Assembly: GCA_051294375.1 (NCBI GenBank) | Contig: CM119270.1 | Span: forward strand, 16,570,928 to 16,634,304 | DNA from: Paraspadella gotoi | Taxonomy: Eukaryota > Animalia > Chaetognatha | Direction: 5' to 3' | DNA length: 63,377 bases | Part shown: positions 36,633 through 50,377 of the stretch, one piece after another | Layout of the letters: every line of letters starts with the position of its first letter | Numbering within the stretch: position 1 is the first letter of the stretch | Notes under the pieces: generated by a model | What the model saw: the letters and a program-made list of their open reading frames with translations, nothing else | Database searches by the model: none | What the model was told of the DNA's origin: nothing | Translations under genes and position numbers: made by a program

Positions 36633-38751
36633 CGCTCAAAACCCCAGAAAAATTGGCTTATTTTTATAATCCAACTTTCCGAAGTTTCGACCCTTTAACG
36701 AAAGTCTTCCCTTTAGTCGTTTTAAAAATAATCATAAACCAAAAAAACTTAAAAAACATCCACAAAAAAAAAATAAGCATTAACTAACCAAAAATTACGA
36801 AGAAAATTGCAAATTGTTATATTTTACGAAAGGAACGCTCTGATTGTGTTTACAATAACATTAAAATCATATACCTCCCCACCCTCCCCGGGCAAAGACA
36901 AAGCATTCCCTCTAACCCACCCGCATTCTCTTCTTTCCAATCCTTTTCCCCATATTTTCCCTCCCCCCCTTTGGCCCCCCCCCCTCTCCTCTCTCTCTTC
37001 CGTCTCTTGAAAAGGAAAAACAGTTTTGAGGAAAAAAAGAGTCGCACATAGAATTGACGGCTTCCTATATTACTGGCGCAAATTTTCAGAGAGGGGAAAA
37101 AAGATGAGAGGAGAGAAGAGGGAGGGACAGAGACAAAAAGAGAAACAAAAAAAAAAAAAAACACAAAAACAAGCACCCANNNNNNNNNNNNNNNNNNNNN
37201 NNNNNNNNNNNNNNNNNNNNNNNNNNNNNNNNNNNNNNNNNNNNNNNNNNNNNNNNNNNNNNNNNNNNNNNNNNNNNNNATTTGTGATGCATGAATTTCT
37301 TTGAAGTCTTTCATTCACTATTTTCGTCCGTGAAAAGAGAGTAGAAATGAACAAGAGATGAAGTTGTTAGAAATATATAAAGATTAATCAATGTTAGAAA
37401 TATATAAAGATAAAAATACTAAAGTCTGAAGATTATTTTTTATTAATAAAAGAAACCTTTAGAGTAACCACGCTCACCCCAGAAAATTGCTTATTTCTTA
37501 TATCCAACTCCGAGTTTCAACTTTAACGAAAGTTTCCTTAGTTGTTAAATATATAACCAAAAAACTTAAACATCACAAAAAAATAAGCATAAACTAAAAA
37601 ATTACGAGAATTTGCAATTTATATACGAAAGAACGCCTGTGTGTTACAATAACATTAAAATATAACCTNNNNNNNNNNNNNNNNNNNNNNNNNNNNNNNN
37701 NNNNNNNNNNNNNNNNNNNNNNNNNNNNNNNNNNNNNNNNNNNNNNNNNNNNNNNNNNNNNNNNNNNNNNNNNNNNNNNNNNNNNNNNNNNNNNNNNNNN
37801 NNNNNNNNNNNNNNNNNNNNNNNNNNNNNNNNNNNNNNNNNNNNNNNNNNNNNNNNNNNNNNNNNNNNNNNNNNNNNNNNNNNNNNNNNNNNNNNNNNNN
37901 NNNNNNNNNNNNNNAGAGAGAGAGAGAGAGTAAAAGGCGAAGCGAGGATGGGAAAAGTGACGCACGGAAGAACATCAACGGTGAAAATCCGGCGAAAGGA
38001 GGGAACACACTGGGTTTTAGTCTCGACACACCGGGTCTTAACCGGGGTTAGGATTTTTGGTTGGATCTTGGCGTATTGGGATATTTCTTGAAAAGGCAGA
38101 ATATCTATTGCAGTCTCGTTTATTAAATGAATTGATTATCTTTTCATTGGTCATACTAGTTTTATTGCCAGTTCAAAATGAATTTATAAAAAAATTTAAA
38201 TTGGTTTTACTAAGCAAGCAAGATATTGAACGATTAATTTTCATATTTTATATATTTCTATTTCATATATAATTCATGTAAACCCGACGACGCCACCGAC
38301 AACGAAAGAGACAAAATGTAGAATGCAACGACAAATATAAGAACAACAACAACAACAACGAAGAGGTTCTTGATTTTTTTTTTTTNNNNNNNNNNNNNNN
38401 NNNNNNNNNNNNNNNNNNNNNNNNNNNNNNNNNNNNNNNNNNNNNNNNNNNNNNNNNNNNNNNNNNNNNNNNNNNNNNNNNNNNNNNNNNNNNNNNNNNN
38501 NNNNNNNNNNNNNNNNNNNNNNNNNNNNNNNNNNNNNNNNNNNNNNNNNNNNNNNNNNNNNNNNNNNNNNNNNNNNNNNNNNNNNNNNNNNNNNNNNNNN
38601 NNNNNNNNNNNNNNNNNNNNNNNNNNNNNNNNNNNNNNNNNNNNNNNNNNNNNNNNNNNNNNNNNNNNNNNNNNNNNNNNNNNNNNNNNNNNNNNNNNNN
38701 NNNNNNNNNNNNNNNNNNNNNNNNNNNNNNNNNNNNNNNNNNNNNAGAGAA

Positions 38752-38782
<31 letters not shown>

Positions 38783-39120
38783 ACACGAAAAGTGCTTTCC
38801 ATCATTTTGTCGAGTGACGAAAAACTCAATCCTTAACTGCTGAGCGTTCAGTTCTGTTTTCATTCATTTGATTTCTTAAAAATATTTTTAATCGATTCCC
38901 AAAATCTTATTTACATATTGTAGTATTTATTGGCGGCGAGGTGTTTTTTATTTAAAATATATTTTGCAAAAGTAGTAAACTAAAAATTTGAAGGATTTTT
39001 ATAAGTTTACAAGTATTTAATTTTGTTCATGTTTCTTTTTTTTTTACTTTCGGGGATGACTCCGTTTATGACTAGCTCATGGATGGCGTGCGACGTGAAT
39101 TACAACTTATAGCACAGTAT

Positions 39121-39790
39121 TAATACGTCATTTTAGTCATTACGTGTCATTATGTAATTTTCGGTCATTATAGTCAATACGTTAATATGTCATTATGAAA
39201 TTGGTACAACCAATATAAAAATTATCCATTCATTTAATAAATAAGCTATCTTGCCCCTGACTTTGGACAGGCTTTGGTGGTGTAAGGCCTCCATCACTCT
39301 TACAAGATAATGACAAAGCAGATCCCTGCAAGCTTTCAATCAAGACTCTCTCACAGTCCCGTTTATTCACTCCCAGAGTACCTGGCTTCCCTATCAATGA
39401 AGTGGTATAATGTTTCAAAGAATGTTTCAATAGTATGAAAAGACCACTATACAATATATACTATATTGTATTCCGCACTAGCATCAAAATACAAGTGATT
39501 TTTGGTCATTTTAGTCATTACGTCATTATGTTTTTTATGTCAATTTATGTCATGTAATTTTTGATCATTTCAGTTATTACGTCATTATGTCTTTTAAGTC
39601 ATTTTATGTCATGTCATTTTGGGTCATTTTAGTGACTACGTCATTATGTCTTTTACGTCATTTTATGTCATTATATCATTTTGGATTCTCTGTTTTAATT
39701 ATTTTATTAAATAAAAAAAAATGATGGGCAATAGTGTCATCATGAGTGAATGTCACATGTCATCATTGTCATCATGTGTCATAATTCGTC
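39121..39790 (+). repeat. GTCAT-rich minisatellite (TTTTAGTCATTACGTCATTATGTC) interrupted by repeat copy A
   Basis: Units on both sides of 39194-39492. Confidence 0.6.
39194..39492 (+). mobile_element. Dispersed ~300-bp interspersed repeat, copy A (unclassified)
   Basis: TATGAAATTGGTACAACC...GCAAGCTTTCAATCAAGACTCTCTCACAGTC...CACTAGCATCAAAATAC, closely similar to 57751-58060. Confidence 0.75.
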
Positions 39791-39815
39791 CTGTAATTTG
39801 ACGTGGGAGGAAATG

Positions 39816-39859
<44 letters not shown>

Positions 39860-40417
39860 GATAGACCAAATTATTTTCTTCGCTTTTTCGAATTTTCTTT
39901 TTTTTTAAATTAAATTAAAGTTTTGTGCTTCGAAAAAAATATTAATATTAAAATTTTTTTTTAAAATTTAAAAAAAAATTAAAAAATAAATAAACGAGTT
40001 GTTGTTGATACCATTTATACCATTACTGTTATTGTATTGTGTTAATATCGTTTTTGATATTAATAAAAACTAGTTGCATTAATTGTTACTTGTCTGTTCC
40101 GGTTTTCTGTTGTTGAGGAGGAATTTTGGGTTGCGAATCCCNNNNNNNNNNNNNNNNNNNNNNNNNNNNNNGTTTGTTTCAGATTTTTTTCCTTTCCACA
40201 GGAAGAACGAATATAAAGAAGCAAAAGAAGAACAAAGATTTGAAAACAAAGTTTTATTTTTATTAGGGGAATCAGTTTCTGAAAATCAAACAAGGCTTAA
40301 AGTAATATTAAAAATTACATTAAGAATAATAAAGAAGATAATAGAGAAAAAAAAGAAAGTTATATAAAATGAGATAAAGGAAATAAGAAACAATGGAGAG
40401 AAAGAAAGAAAAAAATA

Positions 40418-40473
<56 letters not shown>

Positions 40474-40608
40474 AAACAAAAAATAAAGAAATGAAAGAAA
40501 AAAAGAAAAAATAAAAAAATAAAAAATAAAGAAATTAAAGAAAGAAAGAAAGAAAGAAAGAAAAAAGAAAGAAAGAAAGCAAGCAAAAACTAAAGAAAGA
40601 AAGAATAA

Positions 40609-40680
<72 letters not shown>

Positions 40681-41046
40681 AATAAAAGAATGGCAAGTGA
40701 AAGAAGGCCATAAATAAAACCCGTAAAGAAAGGCGCATCACCAGCCGACGCCTCTCAATTCTTCAAAATAAAACCGAGATTATTCCATTCATATTCATTA
40801 TTCCATCTTTCACCTTTTTTTTCACATTTTCTTTTGTCTTTCCATTTCATCTTTCATTGTCTTCTTTCCCTTCATTCGCCTTTCCGACTTCATTGAATGA
40901 AGTAAAAGAATGAAAAGATAGGCTTCTTCGTGAAAAGAGAGGAAGGGAGAAGAAAAGAATGAAAAGGGAGGAAAAAGAAAAGAAAGGCGACGAACTAAAT
41001 AAAGAAGAGAAAAAGAAAAGAACGAGAGAGAAAAGGCAAGGACCGT

Positions 41047-41113
<67 letters not shown>

Positions 41114-42023
41114 ACAAAAGACTGTCCTTGTCGACGGTTGGTCCGTCAGGAATTGGCATAAGTCAGGCGGTTGACGAAGACAATACCCCAATGGCGGACA
41201 AACGGCGGTGAACTTGAAAAAATTATAAGATTTGAGGAAAAAGTTGGATTGCAGTGGGCGGGGGCAGTTGAGAGGTGGAACAACCGGGCTGAGGATGAAA
41301 TGTGGAGAAGAGGCGAGCGTGAATTGTTGAAAATGAAGAGCTGGTTGGAGATGTAAATATCTTAGCTTATTGTATAATCTTACTAAACAAAAATAGCTTA
41401 ATAATACCCTAGAAGACTCTGAAGAAGCTGAAAATATGAAAAAAAAGGGTTGTTGATCAGGTCTCGTTGTGGATAAGGCAATAAGTGGGCTGAAGACTAC
41501 TATCCTTAACTCGCCAGAAATGTAACGGGTCCTTAATTTGGGAAGAGGCTAAGTGGTTTTCTCGGTTCTCTATGAGAGTTCAGGCCCGGCTTCCCGCGTC
41601 CCCTTTGGATATCGTTTCCGCCACCTGAAGTTTAGCCCAAGGGTCACAACCGCAGGTGCGGTGATCATAGGCGAGCGTGAACTTACCGACTACATTACAG
41701 TGAAAGAGAGAAAAGAAGTAAGCTCCAACCTCCCGTCCATATCCCGTCCGACGGCACAGGCGCCGAGGAGAAAATTGACCCGATAGAAGTCTGGTCTCCT
41801 CGGTTCTTCTGCTTTGTCCGGGCAGTGTAAGGTCAAGTCCGTGGGGACGGACCGGTACGTGATATAGCTGGGACATACAATAGATAAGGCCTTGGTAAGT
41901 CGCCTTGGTAAGTAAGGCCTTGGTAAGTCGCCTCAATTCATTTTTTATGAGTTTCTGTATATTTGACTCCATTTCACGTCAATTCTCAGCAATTTTAAAA
42001 TTAATTTGAGATTTGAAAAAAGT

Positions 42024-42314
42024 TATGAAATTAGTACAACCAATATAAAAATTATTTATTTATTTATTAAATAATCTATCTTGCCCCCGGACTTTGGACA
42101 CAGGTTATGTCATCATTCTTGAAGGATAATACCATCGCAGGATCCCGCGTGCTTTCAATCAAGACTCTCTCACAGTCTCGTTTATTCACTCCCAGAGCTT
42201 CCCTATCGTGTTCCCTATCTAAAGTGGTTTAATATTTCAACGAAAGTATCAATTGTATAAAAGGACCACATCATTAAGTATTACATCGGGAAATACTATA
42301 TTGTACTACGCACT
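42024..42314 (+). mobile_element. Dispersed ~300-bp repeat, copy B (diverged)
   Basis: Same start TATGAAATTAGTACAACC and core CTTTCAATCAAGACTCTCTCACAGTCTCGTTTATTCACTCCCAGAG. Confidence 0.7.
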
Positions 42315-42779
42315 CAATCCCGGATGTTATTATTTTTATATTTTATATTTTTATTGTTTTTAATGATTTGGCTTCGTTTCTTTCCGTTAAACCGTCACAG
42401 ATTTGAAAATATCTCCTCAAAAATTCATATTTTTTTACGATTTTCACGCATAGTTTTCACTGCCACTTTTTTATTGCCAATTCTTCATCGCCCCTTCGCC
42501 TCATTTCCTCTGAATTTAATTTCCTTAATTAATTCATTCGATGCGTTTTTTTTTCGTTGTTTTTCAGACGTCGTCGCCGTCGCCGTCGCCGTCGCCTTAT
42601 GCCGAGGATATTTCGCCATTGTCTCGAGTCTTTACCATTCCGGTTCCATTGCCATTCCGGTTCCATTTTGCCATTTGCCATTTCCCGGCCTTTACGCCGC
42701 CGTCGGTTCGCCATTCGGCCACCATACGTCGGCCACTCCTTCGCCACGGGCAGCGGAGAGAGAGAGAGAGATGAGAGAT

Positions 42780-42810
<31 letters not shown>

Positions 42811-42968
42811 AGAGGAGAGGAGAGGAGATGGAGAGAGAGAGAGGAGGGGGGGGCCATACGTTGAACCACTCCTCCGACGGCGGTCGACTCTCGAGAGGCG
42901 GCTCGCCGCTAATTGAGTCCGCACACACAGATGGGGGCCTTTAACGGGAGGGGGTGAAAAGCGGGTGG

Positions 42969-43050
<82 letters not shown>

Positions 43051-44176
43051 CTCTCTTCCATTCCTTTAACGGCCTTTAAGGGCGCCCCCCTTCCCTACCC
43101 CACCTCCTCTCCCCCACCCCCTACCCCCTTCCACCTCCGCCCTCCATCCAGATTCCGCTCATTTTCAATGAATAGCGTCGCCGCAGAAAACACCATGGCC
43201 CGAAATCGAGGAAGCCGCTAACCCCTCCTCTTTTTTTATCGTCGTCGTCGTCGTCGTGGATCGTCGTCGTCGTCGTCGTCGTCGTCATCAACGGGAGAAG
43301 AACAAATATCGTAAAGCGGAAGGTTTTTTTTCTTTTTCTTTTTTCTTTTTTTTTTTTCTTGGCGTCGAGTTGTGACGGAATTAAAGGAATTGGGGGGGGA
43401 AAAGCAGGGTAAGAAGGGCGGAAGGGGTCAATCGAGTATGGGGGGTGTAATTTGGAGGAAGGTAGGGGGGAGAATAATTAGGGTTATGAGAAGGGGGTTC
43501 ACGTGAGCAGAAAACGGAATTGTGGGCGAAAAAAGGAAAGAGGAAATGGAAAATAATGGAAAAATGCTGGGACGACGATTCTGCAGGTAATGAAGAACAA
43601 AAGACGGAAATGTTTGAAATTGATCTCTCTCGAATTGTGCCATTATTTTTATCTATCTATCTAATAGATATCTATATACCTATCTCTCTATCTATCTATT
43701 TATCTCTCTATCTATCTTTCTAATATATCCTATTGTCTGTCTAACAATTTTTTTATTCCATTTATGTACTGACGATGTTTGATCTCAAACGAAAGAGATT
43801 TTTTATCATCGTTCCTCAAGAATAATTAATGATAATCACCATCGATTCAGTTTCACTTTGTGATCCTCTTCATCGATCACCAAAGAGGACTTTTTGTTCG
43901 ATCGTTTCCCCTGGTGATGATCACTCGAAATCGAATCGAATCTCGATCGTGAAAAGATTAAGATGAAGTTCTTGGCCCGAATTCCCCCGTCTCGATTATA
44001 GACCGCCGTCTCGGCAGGGAATCGGCAAGACCACGACAGTGTCCCGGCATGATTCCGACAACTTCACAGCATGCCATCGGCATGGCGTCGCGGTATGGCG
44101 CCCCGGCAGGGTGGCTAATTCATCTTTATTGGCTTTTGTAATGATTGGCGATTCATTTCGTGGCGACATCATTCAT

Positions 44177-44330
44177 GGTGGCTTTTCTTTTCATGGTGCC
44201 GAAGATCCAAGGTGGCGGAGATCCATAGTGGCATTCCTTTCACGGTGCCAGAGATCCAAGGTGGCGGAGATCCATAGTGGCATTTCTTTTCACGGTGCCA
44301 GAGATCCAAGGTGGCGGAGATCCATAGCGG
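44177..44330 (+). repeat. 49-50-bp tandem repeat, ~3 copies
   Basis: GTGGCATT(C/T)CTTTCACGGTGCCAGAGATCCAAGGTGGCGGAGATCCATA. ATCCATAG recurs at 44221, 44270 and 44320. Confidence 0.85.
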
Positions 44331-45669
44331 GTGGGCAGGAAAAAAAAATAGCGTACCTCGCAAGGTCGACGGCGATTTGCATCTCAATCAGGAATCAAAG
44401 AGAAATGAGGGAAGACGAGAGATGGAGATGGGGTTAGGGGGGAAGTGAGGTAGAGGAGAGAGGGGAAAGAAAAAGGGAGAGAGAGGAGGGGATAAAAATG
44501 GGGCAAAGAGGGATAGAAGAGTATGATGGAGGGAGAGAGGGAAAGATGAGAGAGGGTAGAGGGATGGTTAGGCGATTTAGCGGTTGATTTTGTCGCCATA
44601 GCAACGGAGGGAGAACGATTTAAAGGGGGGGATGAGAGGGAAGGGGAGGAGGTTAAAACGTTTCGTTTCGTTTTTGTTTGTTTTCGGTTTTGTTTGCTTT
44701 TTTTTTTCGCTCGAAGGGTTTTTTGCAATTTGCGAGGTTATTAGCAGGCTACGTAATTTACCTTATGCGAATGTATTGGAAATAACTTTTTTTTTCTAAA
44801 AATTCCAACTATGTTGATACATACGTCTACAGCCAAATTGATACTATAAATTCTTTCCTTTTATTTTCCAAAACCCTATTCCTTTTTTTTCCCATTTTCT
44901 ATCCCTTCCTCCTCTTTTCTTTTCCTTCCTCCTCCTTCATCCTCCTTCCTCCTCCTTCTTCCTCCTTCCTCTTCCTTCCTCCTCCTTCCAGCCAAACCGC
45001 TCCGCCATCGCGTTCAAACCTCAAACATCTAAATCGAATACATATCCATGGAAACGGGGAGTTGTTTAAACACTCGAGTCGTCACGTGATTAGATCCCCC
45101 GTTAGCCCCCCCGTCACCTCCAACCCCTTCTCACCCCTTTCCCCCTTCACCACCGCCCCCCCTTTAATCTCGCCTCACCCAACAAGGCGTCGCCACGCGA
45201 GGATCGCGTCGCCGAAAGTAATCCAAACGTCTGCCGCTAATTTTCTAATTTCGTTTTTTTTTCTTGCGCTAATCGGTTTCTCAGATACGAATGGCCAAGT
45301 TTTCGAGAGTTCCCTCTTTTTTTAATTGATTAGCGCCTAAGGTCGTCGTCGTTGTCGTTGTTGTTGTATGTACTTCTTGGTAATTGTCGTACTTGCCGTT
45401 TTATGCTTCATGTTGCGAAATTAGACTTTTTTGTTCATCGAAAAACTTTTGTCATTAATATATTTCCTAATTTATTACATGGATGTATATTTCTTCGCTT
45501 CATTTCAAATATTAGTATTTCATCGTATGGTTTATCATGTGGTTTTAAATGTTTTTAATTTTTAGGTCGTTTTTCTCGTCGTCGTTGTCGTCATCGTTTT
45601 TTTTTTTCGGTCGCCCGCGACAGAAAATTTTTTGGTCGCGATCGATTAGACGTCCATTTAAGTAGCGCC

Positions 45670-45762
<93 letters not shown>

Positions 45763-47079
45763 AGAAGGAGAAGAGAGAGAGAGAAGCGGGCGTTAAATTA
45801 GCGGCAATTTTTTAACGTTCGTCCATTTGCGAAAGTCGGTGACTGAGTTGCTCCGTTTGAGTCAAACATTTTCTTTTGCGCAAAAACGAAAAACGAGAAA
45901 CGAACGAAAGGAAACGAAAAGCGTTAGTCATTGCGACGGTTGCGCGCGCATCGTGCACGCAGCGACGTGCACTCTTTTTGCGCGCAATATTTTTAACTGT
46001 GATATAATTTTTAAAAAAGCTGAAAAGCATAAATGCCATGCAGACATTTTTCAAGGAGTATACACAATATATAATATAGATGTAAGGCGATTAATTGAAT
46101 CAAATCACTACACCTAATTTCACGAACGAATAACACGCAAATGATTCTTTCACTGTGCTGCGTGCGCTTTAACGATTCAGCACAGCACCGCACAGCACAC
46201 AGCGCAGCAATGTTTACAGTCTTTTATTTTCCTCTCTTCGTCCGATTATCTTCTTCGGCATCATTATCTCTTTCTTTTCTCTTTTCGTTTGCTTCGTCGA
46301 GGGATCGGAGATCGGAGATCGGGGATCGGGGATCGGGGATCGGGGATGCCTTTTCCCCTTCAGGCCATTTTCTATCTCGTCTTGCTCAGTCCTGACTTCC
46401 CTTTTCACCATTACCTCACCCTCTTTTCACAATTACCTCATCTTCATTTCACCATTACCCTTTCCCTCATCGCCTTTTCAATGTTTTTCCTTTTTTCTTC
46501 TCAAATCCCGCATCGCATTATCTCCCTCCTCCCTCCCTCCCTCCCTTTCTCTCTCCCTCCCTCCCTCCCTCCCTCCCTTTCTTTCTCCCTCTCTCCCTCC
46601 CTCCCTCCCTCCCTTTCTCCTCCTTATTCTTTAAACAAAAAGAAAGTTTAATCACAATATTAAACAAAATCATATCAGCTCATTTTTTTCTGTCTCACAT
46701 TTCGCCCCGCTCAACCCCGTAACGTCTATCTTTAACTTTACCGTCTCTCTTCCTTTCCCTATCTGTCTCTTTCCCCTTCCCCGTCTGTCATCTTCCCCTT
46801 CCTCCCTCTTTTCCTTTCTCCATCCACCTTTCTCTTTCTCCCCTTTCCTTCTTCTTCCCCTTTCCACATCCCTCTTCCTATTTTTCTTCATCACTCCCCC
46901 CTTTCTCCATCACCCCCTCTCTTTCCCCCATCACCCCACTCCATCCAGACCGCGTTTTCCATTTTAATGTTCTCTTTGTTGCGGCGTCGATGTTTTTTGT
47001 TAACCACAAAAAAAATGTTGTTCCATCCAACGCGAGGGGAATTTTTTTAGACGAGCGCATTTGATGCGGGGCGGAACCG

Positions 47080-47385
47080 GTTGCGTGGCAGAGACTGCAA
47101 CGTTAGAGTGGCAGAGACGGCGCCCTTAGCGTGGAAGATTCAGAGTCGTTAGCGTTGCAGAGCCTGCAATGTTTACGTAGCAGATGCAGCGCCGTTAGAC
47201 AAAAATATGTGGCACCGTTAGCCGGGATTTGGAGTCGTTAGCGTGGCGGCGCCATTAGTATGGCAGGGACGACGCTGTTAGCATGGCAGATGCGGCGCCA
47301 TTAGTGGGGCAAAGGCAGCGCTCTCAGCGTGGCAACGGCGGCGCCGGCAGCGTGGCAGAGATTCTACCGTGAGCGTAGCTGGGCG
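47080..47385 (+). repeat. Degenerate GC-rich minisatellite (~21-26-bp units, GTTAGCGTGGCAGAG..GCGCC)
   Basis: TTAG(C/T)(G/A)TGGCAG recurs about 10 times. Confidence 0.65.
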
Positions 47386-47797
47386 CCGAATATTCGTTTG
47401 GTGTCTAAATGTAGCGAGGCTAATTCAATCGAGGAATAATCTCCGCTGAAATTACTTTTAAATATCTAATTATATTCACCGTGGTTTAGTTCATATTTAA
47501 GTAAACTTCGAAATAGGGCAATCGTCCTTTGACCAAAAAGATTTGTCATTTTGGTCCGGAAATGGTTAAAAATCTCACTCGTGACCTCAACCGCCTCACA
47601 GCTTCACAGCTTCACAGCCTCACGATCTCACTCTATGAATTCGGTGATATTCGTTTTCCTGTGAGTCGGACTTTTTCGTCTCTGACCCAAATCAATCATT
47701 GATTCTGTCAGAGAAAGAAATTAATTTCATATTCATGGTGAATAATTCTTGGCTTTCGAAGGGAAAATATATAAGAGACGGTGGGATCGGAGACGTG

Positions 47798-47844
<47 letters not shown>

Positions 47845-48380
47845 GAGAGGGAGAGAGAGAGAGAAGAAGGAGAGGAGAGACGTGAGAGAGAGAGAGAGAG
47901 AGAGACGCTTTTTCTCCTCTCCTCCCTTCCCTCTCGCCCTCTCTTCCCTTTAATCTCAAGCGACAGATAACTTTCCAATTTCTTTTAATTTTTTTCTTTT
48001 GCTTCAACTTACCGTAGATTGAGGGATCACTCAATATTAAGTTTAACGAAATAAGTAGATAACGATTTCCTAATTCGAATAAATCATTGATAAATTTTAC
48101 AACCTTCGGCTAAAGAGAAAATTATTCCAATCGAAGCAAAAAAATACACATGTATTATCATTTACGTAAAAACTGAGTGAAAAATCTGTATTTTAATCAC
48201 ATGAACTGTCAACGAAAATAACTTCAACTTCATATCGCAAAAAAAAACAAACAAACGAACCAACGAAACTACAAAACGAAACAACAAAAACGAAAACGAA
48301 AACAACGTCGTCGATTATCTCGTCACAAAAAAAAACATTGATCGCGTCCGCACGTGACGGGAATCACGGACGGACGACGC

Positions 48381-48428
<48 letters not shown>

Positions 48429-48920
48429 ACAAGAAAAACGCGCGACCGCGGAGACCCGACCCACCGTCGAAGGCGTCGACGCTTCGTACACGTGACTTAT
48501 GTTGCGACGCACGTGACTGATTGGCGCGGCGCACGCGTTCGCTTCGATTATGAGGTCGCGATTATGGGGAGATAATTATGAGGACGAGTTGTGTGAGGTT
48601 GGAGGGAGGACGAGAGAAAGATTTATGAAAAAAAGTGAGATTGGGTGATATGAGATGGGATGAAATGACAAAAGGATATGGTAGGTGTTGAGATGAGATG
48701 AGATGAGATGAGATGAGATGAGATGAGATGAAACAAGATGAGATTTAATCTTTCGTCTTTCATCTCTCATCTCCCTTCTCCCATCTCTCGTCTCTCATCT
48801 CCCTTCTCTCAACTCCCGTTTCCCATCTCCCGTCTCCCATCTCCCGTCTCCCATCTCCCATCTCCTGTCCCCTTATTTCAATCCTCTTGATTCAAATTCA
48901 AACGACGCACGACGCCGAAA

Positions 48921-48956
<36 letters not shown>

Positions 48957-49643
48957 TGATGCCAACGGCTTACGATTCTCCTACCAACGACGCCGTCTTT
49001 CGGCGTCAAGGGCGCCATAAGAGCCATGAGTGCCGCGGCGACGCGTGATTCGTCGCCAGGGCCGCCGCCGCCGCCGCTTTTCCTCGCGTGGCCTTCTTTG
49101 TCCCCGACCGTCGTCCCGGAAGTGGAGCTCGCGGCGCTGGCAACGAGATGGCGCCGGCACGAGGAAAGCGATGGCAACGCTGTAGAGAGCAAAGGGATGC
49201 CAAGCGGTCGGTGCCAAGTTTGGTGGCGTCGTCGTCGTCATGGAAGCGGGATTGGAAATGTTGTCGTTGGCAAGGGTGAGTAATTGAGGAGGAACGAGGG
49301 AGAGAGAAGGAGGAAGAGAAGGAGGAGGGGAGGGGGTGAGAGGAAGAGAGGAAGAAAGGGAAGAAAAGATTAAGAAAGAGAGAAGGGGGGTAGGAAAACT
49401 GAGTAAAGGAGTTGGTGAAACAAGTAAAATAGATGAAATTATTGTATTAGACGACAAAAAGACAAATGTAATAACAGCGAAAACGTAATTCGCGGCGAGA
49501 AAAGTCGTTACGCACCAATTTTAAAAGTTTATTCACTGTGGGGCGAGCACACCGCGGTTGAAACGACTCTCGGTTGCCACGGAAACCAATTTGGCCCCCG
49601 AAGCCAAAAATCTCTATTGTTTACCGCCGAGCGTGAAGAGGAG

Positions 49644-49678
<35 letters not shown>

Positions 49679-49882
49679 GGATGAGGAGGAGGAGTGAAGA
49701 GAGGTTCATGGTGCGATGATCGCTAATTCCATGGTGTCACGACGCTGCGATTCCAAAGGCGACTCGAGATTTCACGATTCACAAATTCACGGATTTACGC
49801 GGCGACGACAGGAAGAGTGAGATTGAGATGGAGTAGATGGAGATCGATATGAGGGGGGAGAGAGAGAAAGAGAGAGAGAGAG

Positions 49883-49962
<80 letters not shown>

Positions 49963-50343
49963 TAGAGAATTGTTTACCCGATTATGGTTCATATTTTTGC
50001 AGAAACATGATGTTTCAGAACTTAGGATAAGAATGATGAGTAAGTAAAAATGTAAATGAAAAATATTACAAATATGCTGTGGCTGTAGTTTAATGCGTAA
50101 AAACTTTTTAACACCGAAATATTGCAAATGTCGTATTTTTTGAAATTAAAAATAGGTTTTATGTAGTCTTTAAACTCAGGCGAAAGGGAAGTAAAGAAAA
50201 TAGAAAAGAGAAAATAGAAAATAGAAAAAGGGAAAAGGGAAAATAGAAAAGAGAAAAAAGGAAAATTCAAAAGGGAAAAGGGAAAAGGAAAAGCAAAAGG
50301 GAAAAAAGGCGACGAAACTGAAACACAACCGAAATGCCGGCTA

Positions 50344-50377
<34 letters not shown>

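Noticed and set aside
39230-39454. 74-aa minus-strand ORF in the dispersed repeat
   Set aside because: Not maintained in the diverged copies and has no recognisable motif.
44177-44330. Regular repeats as a CRISPR array
   Set aside because: Head-to-tail tandem units without unique spacers, eukaryotic context, no cas genes.
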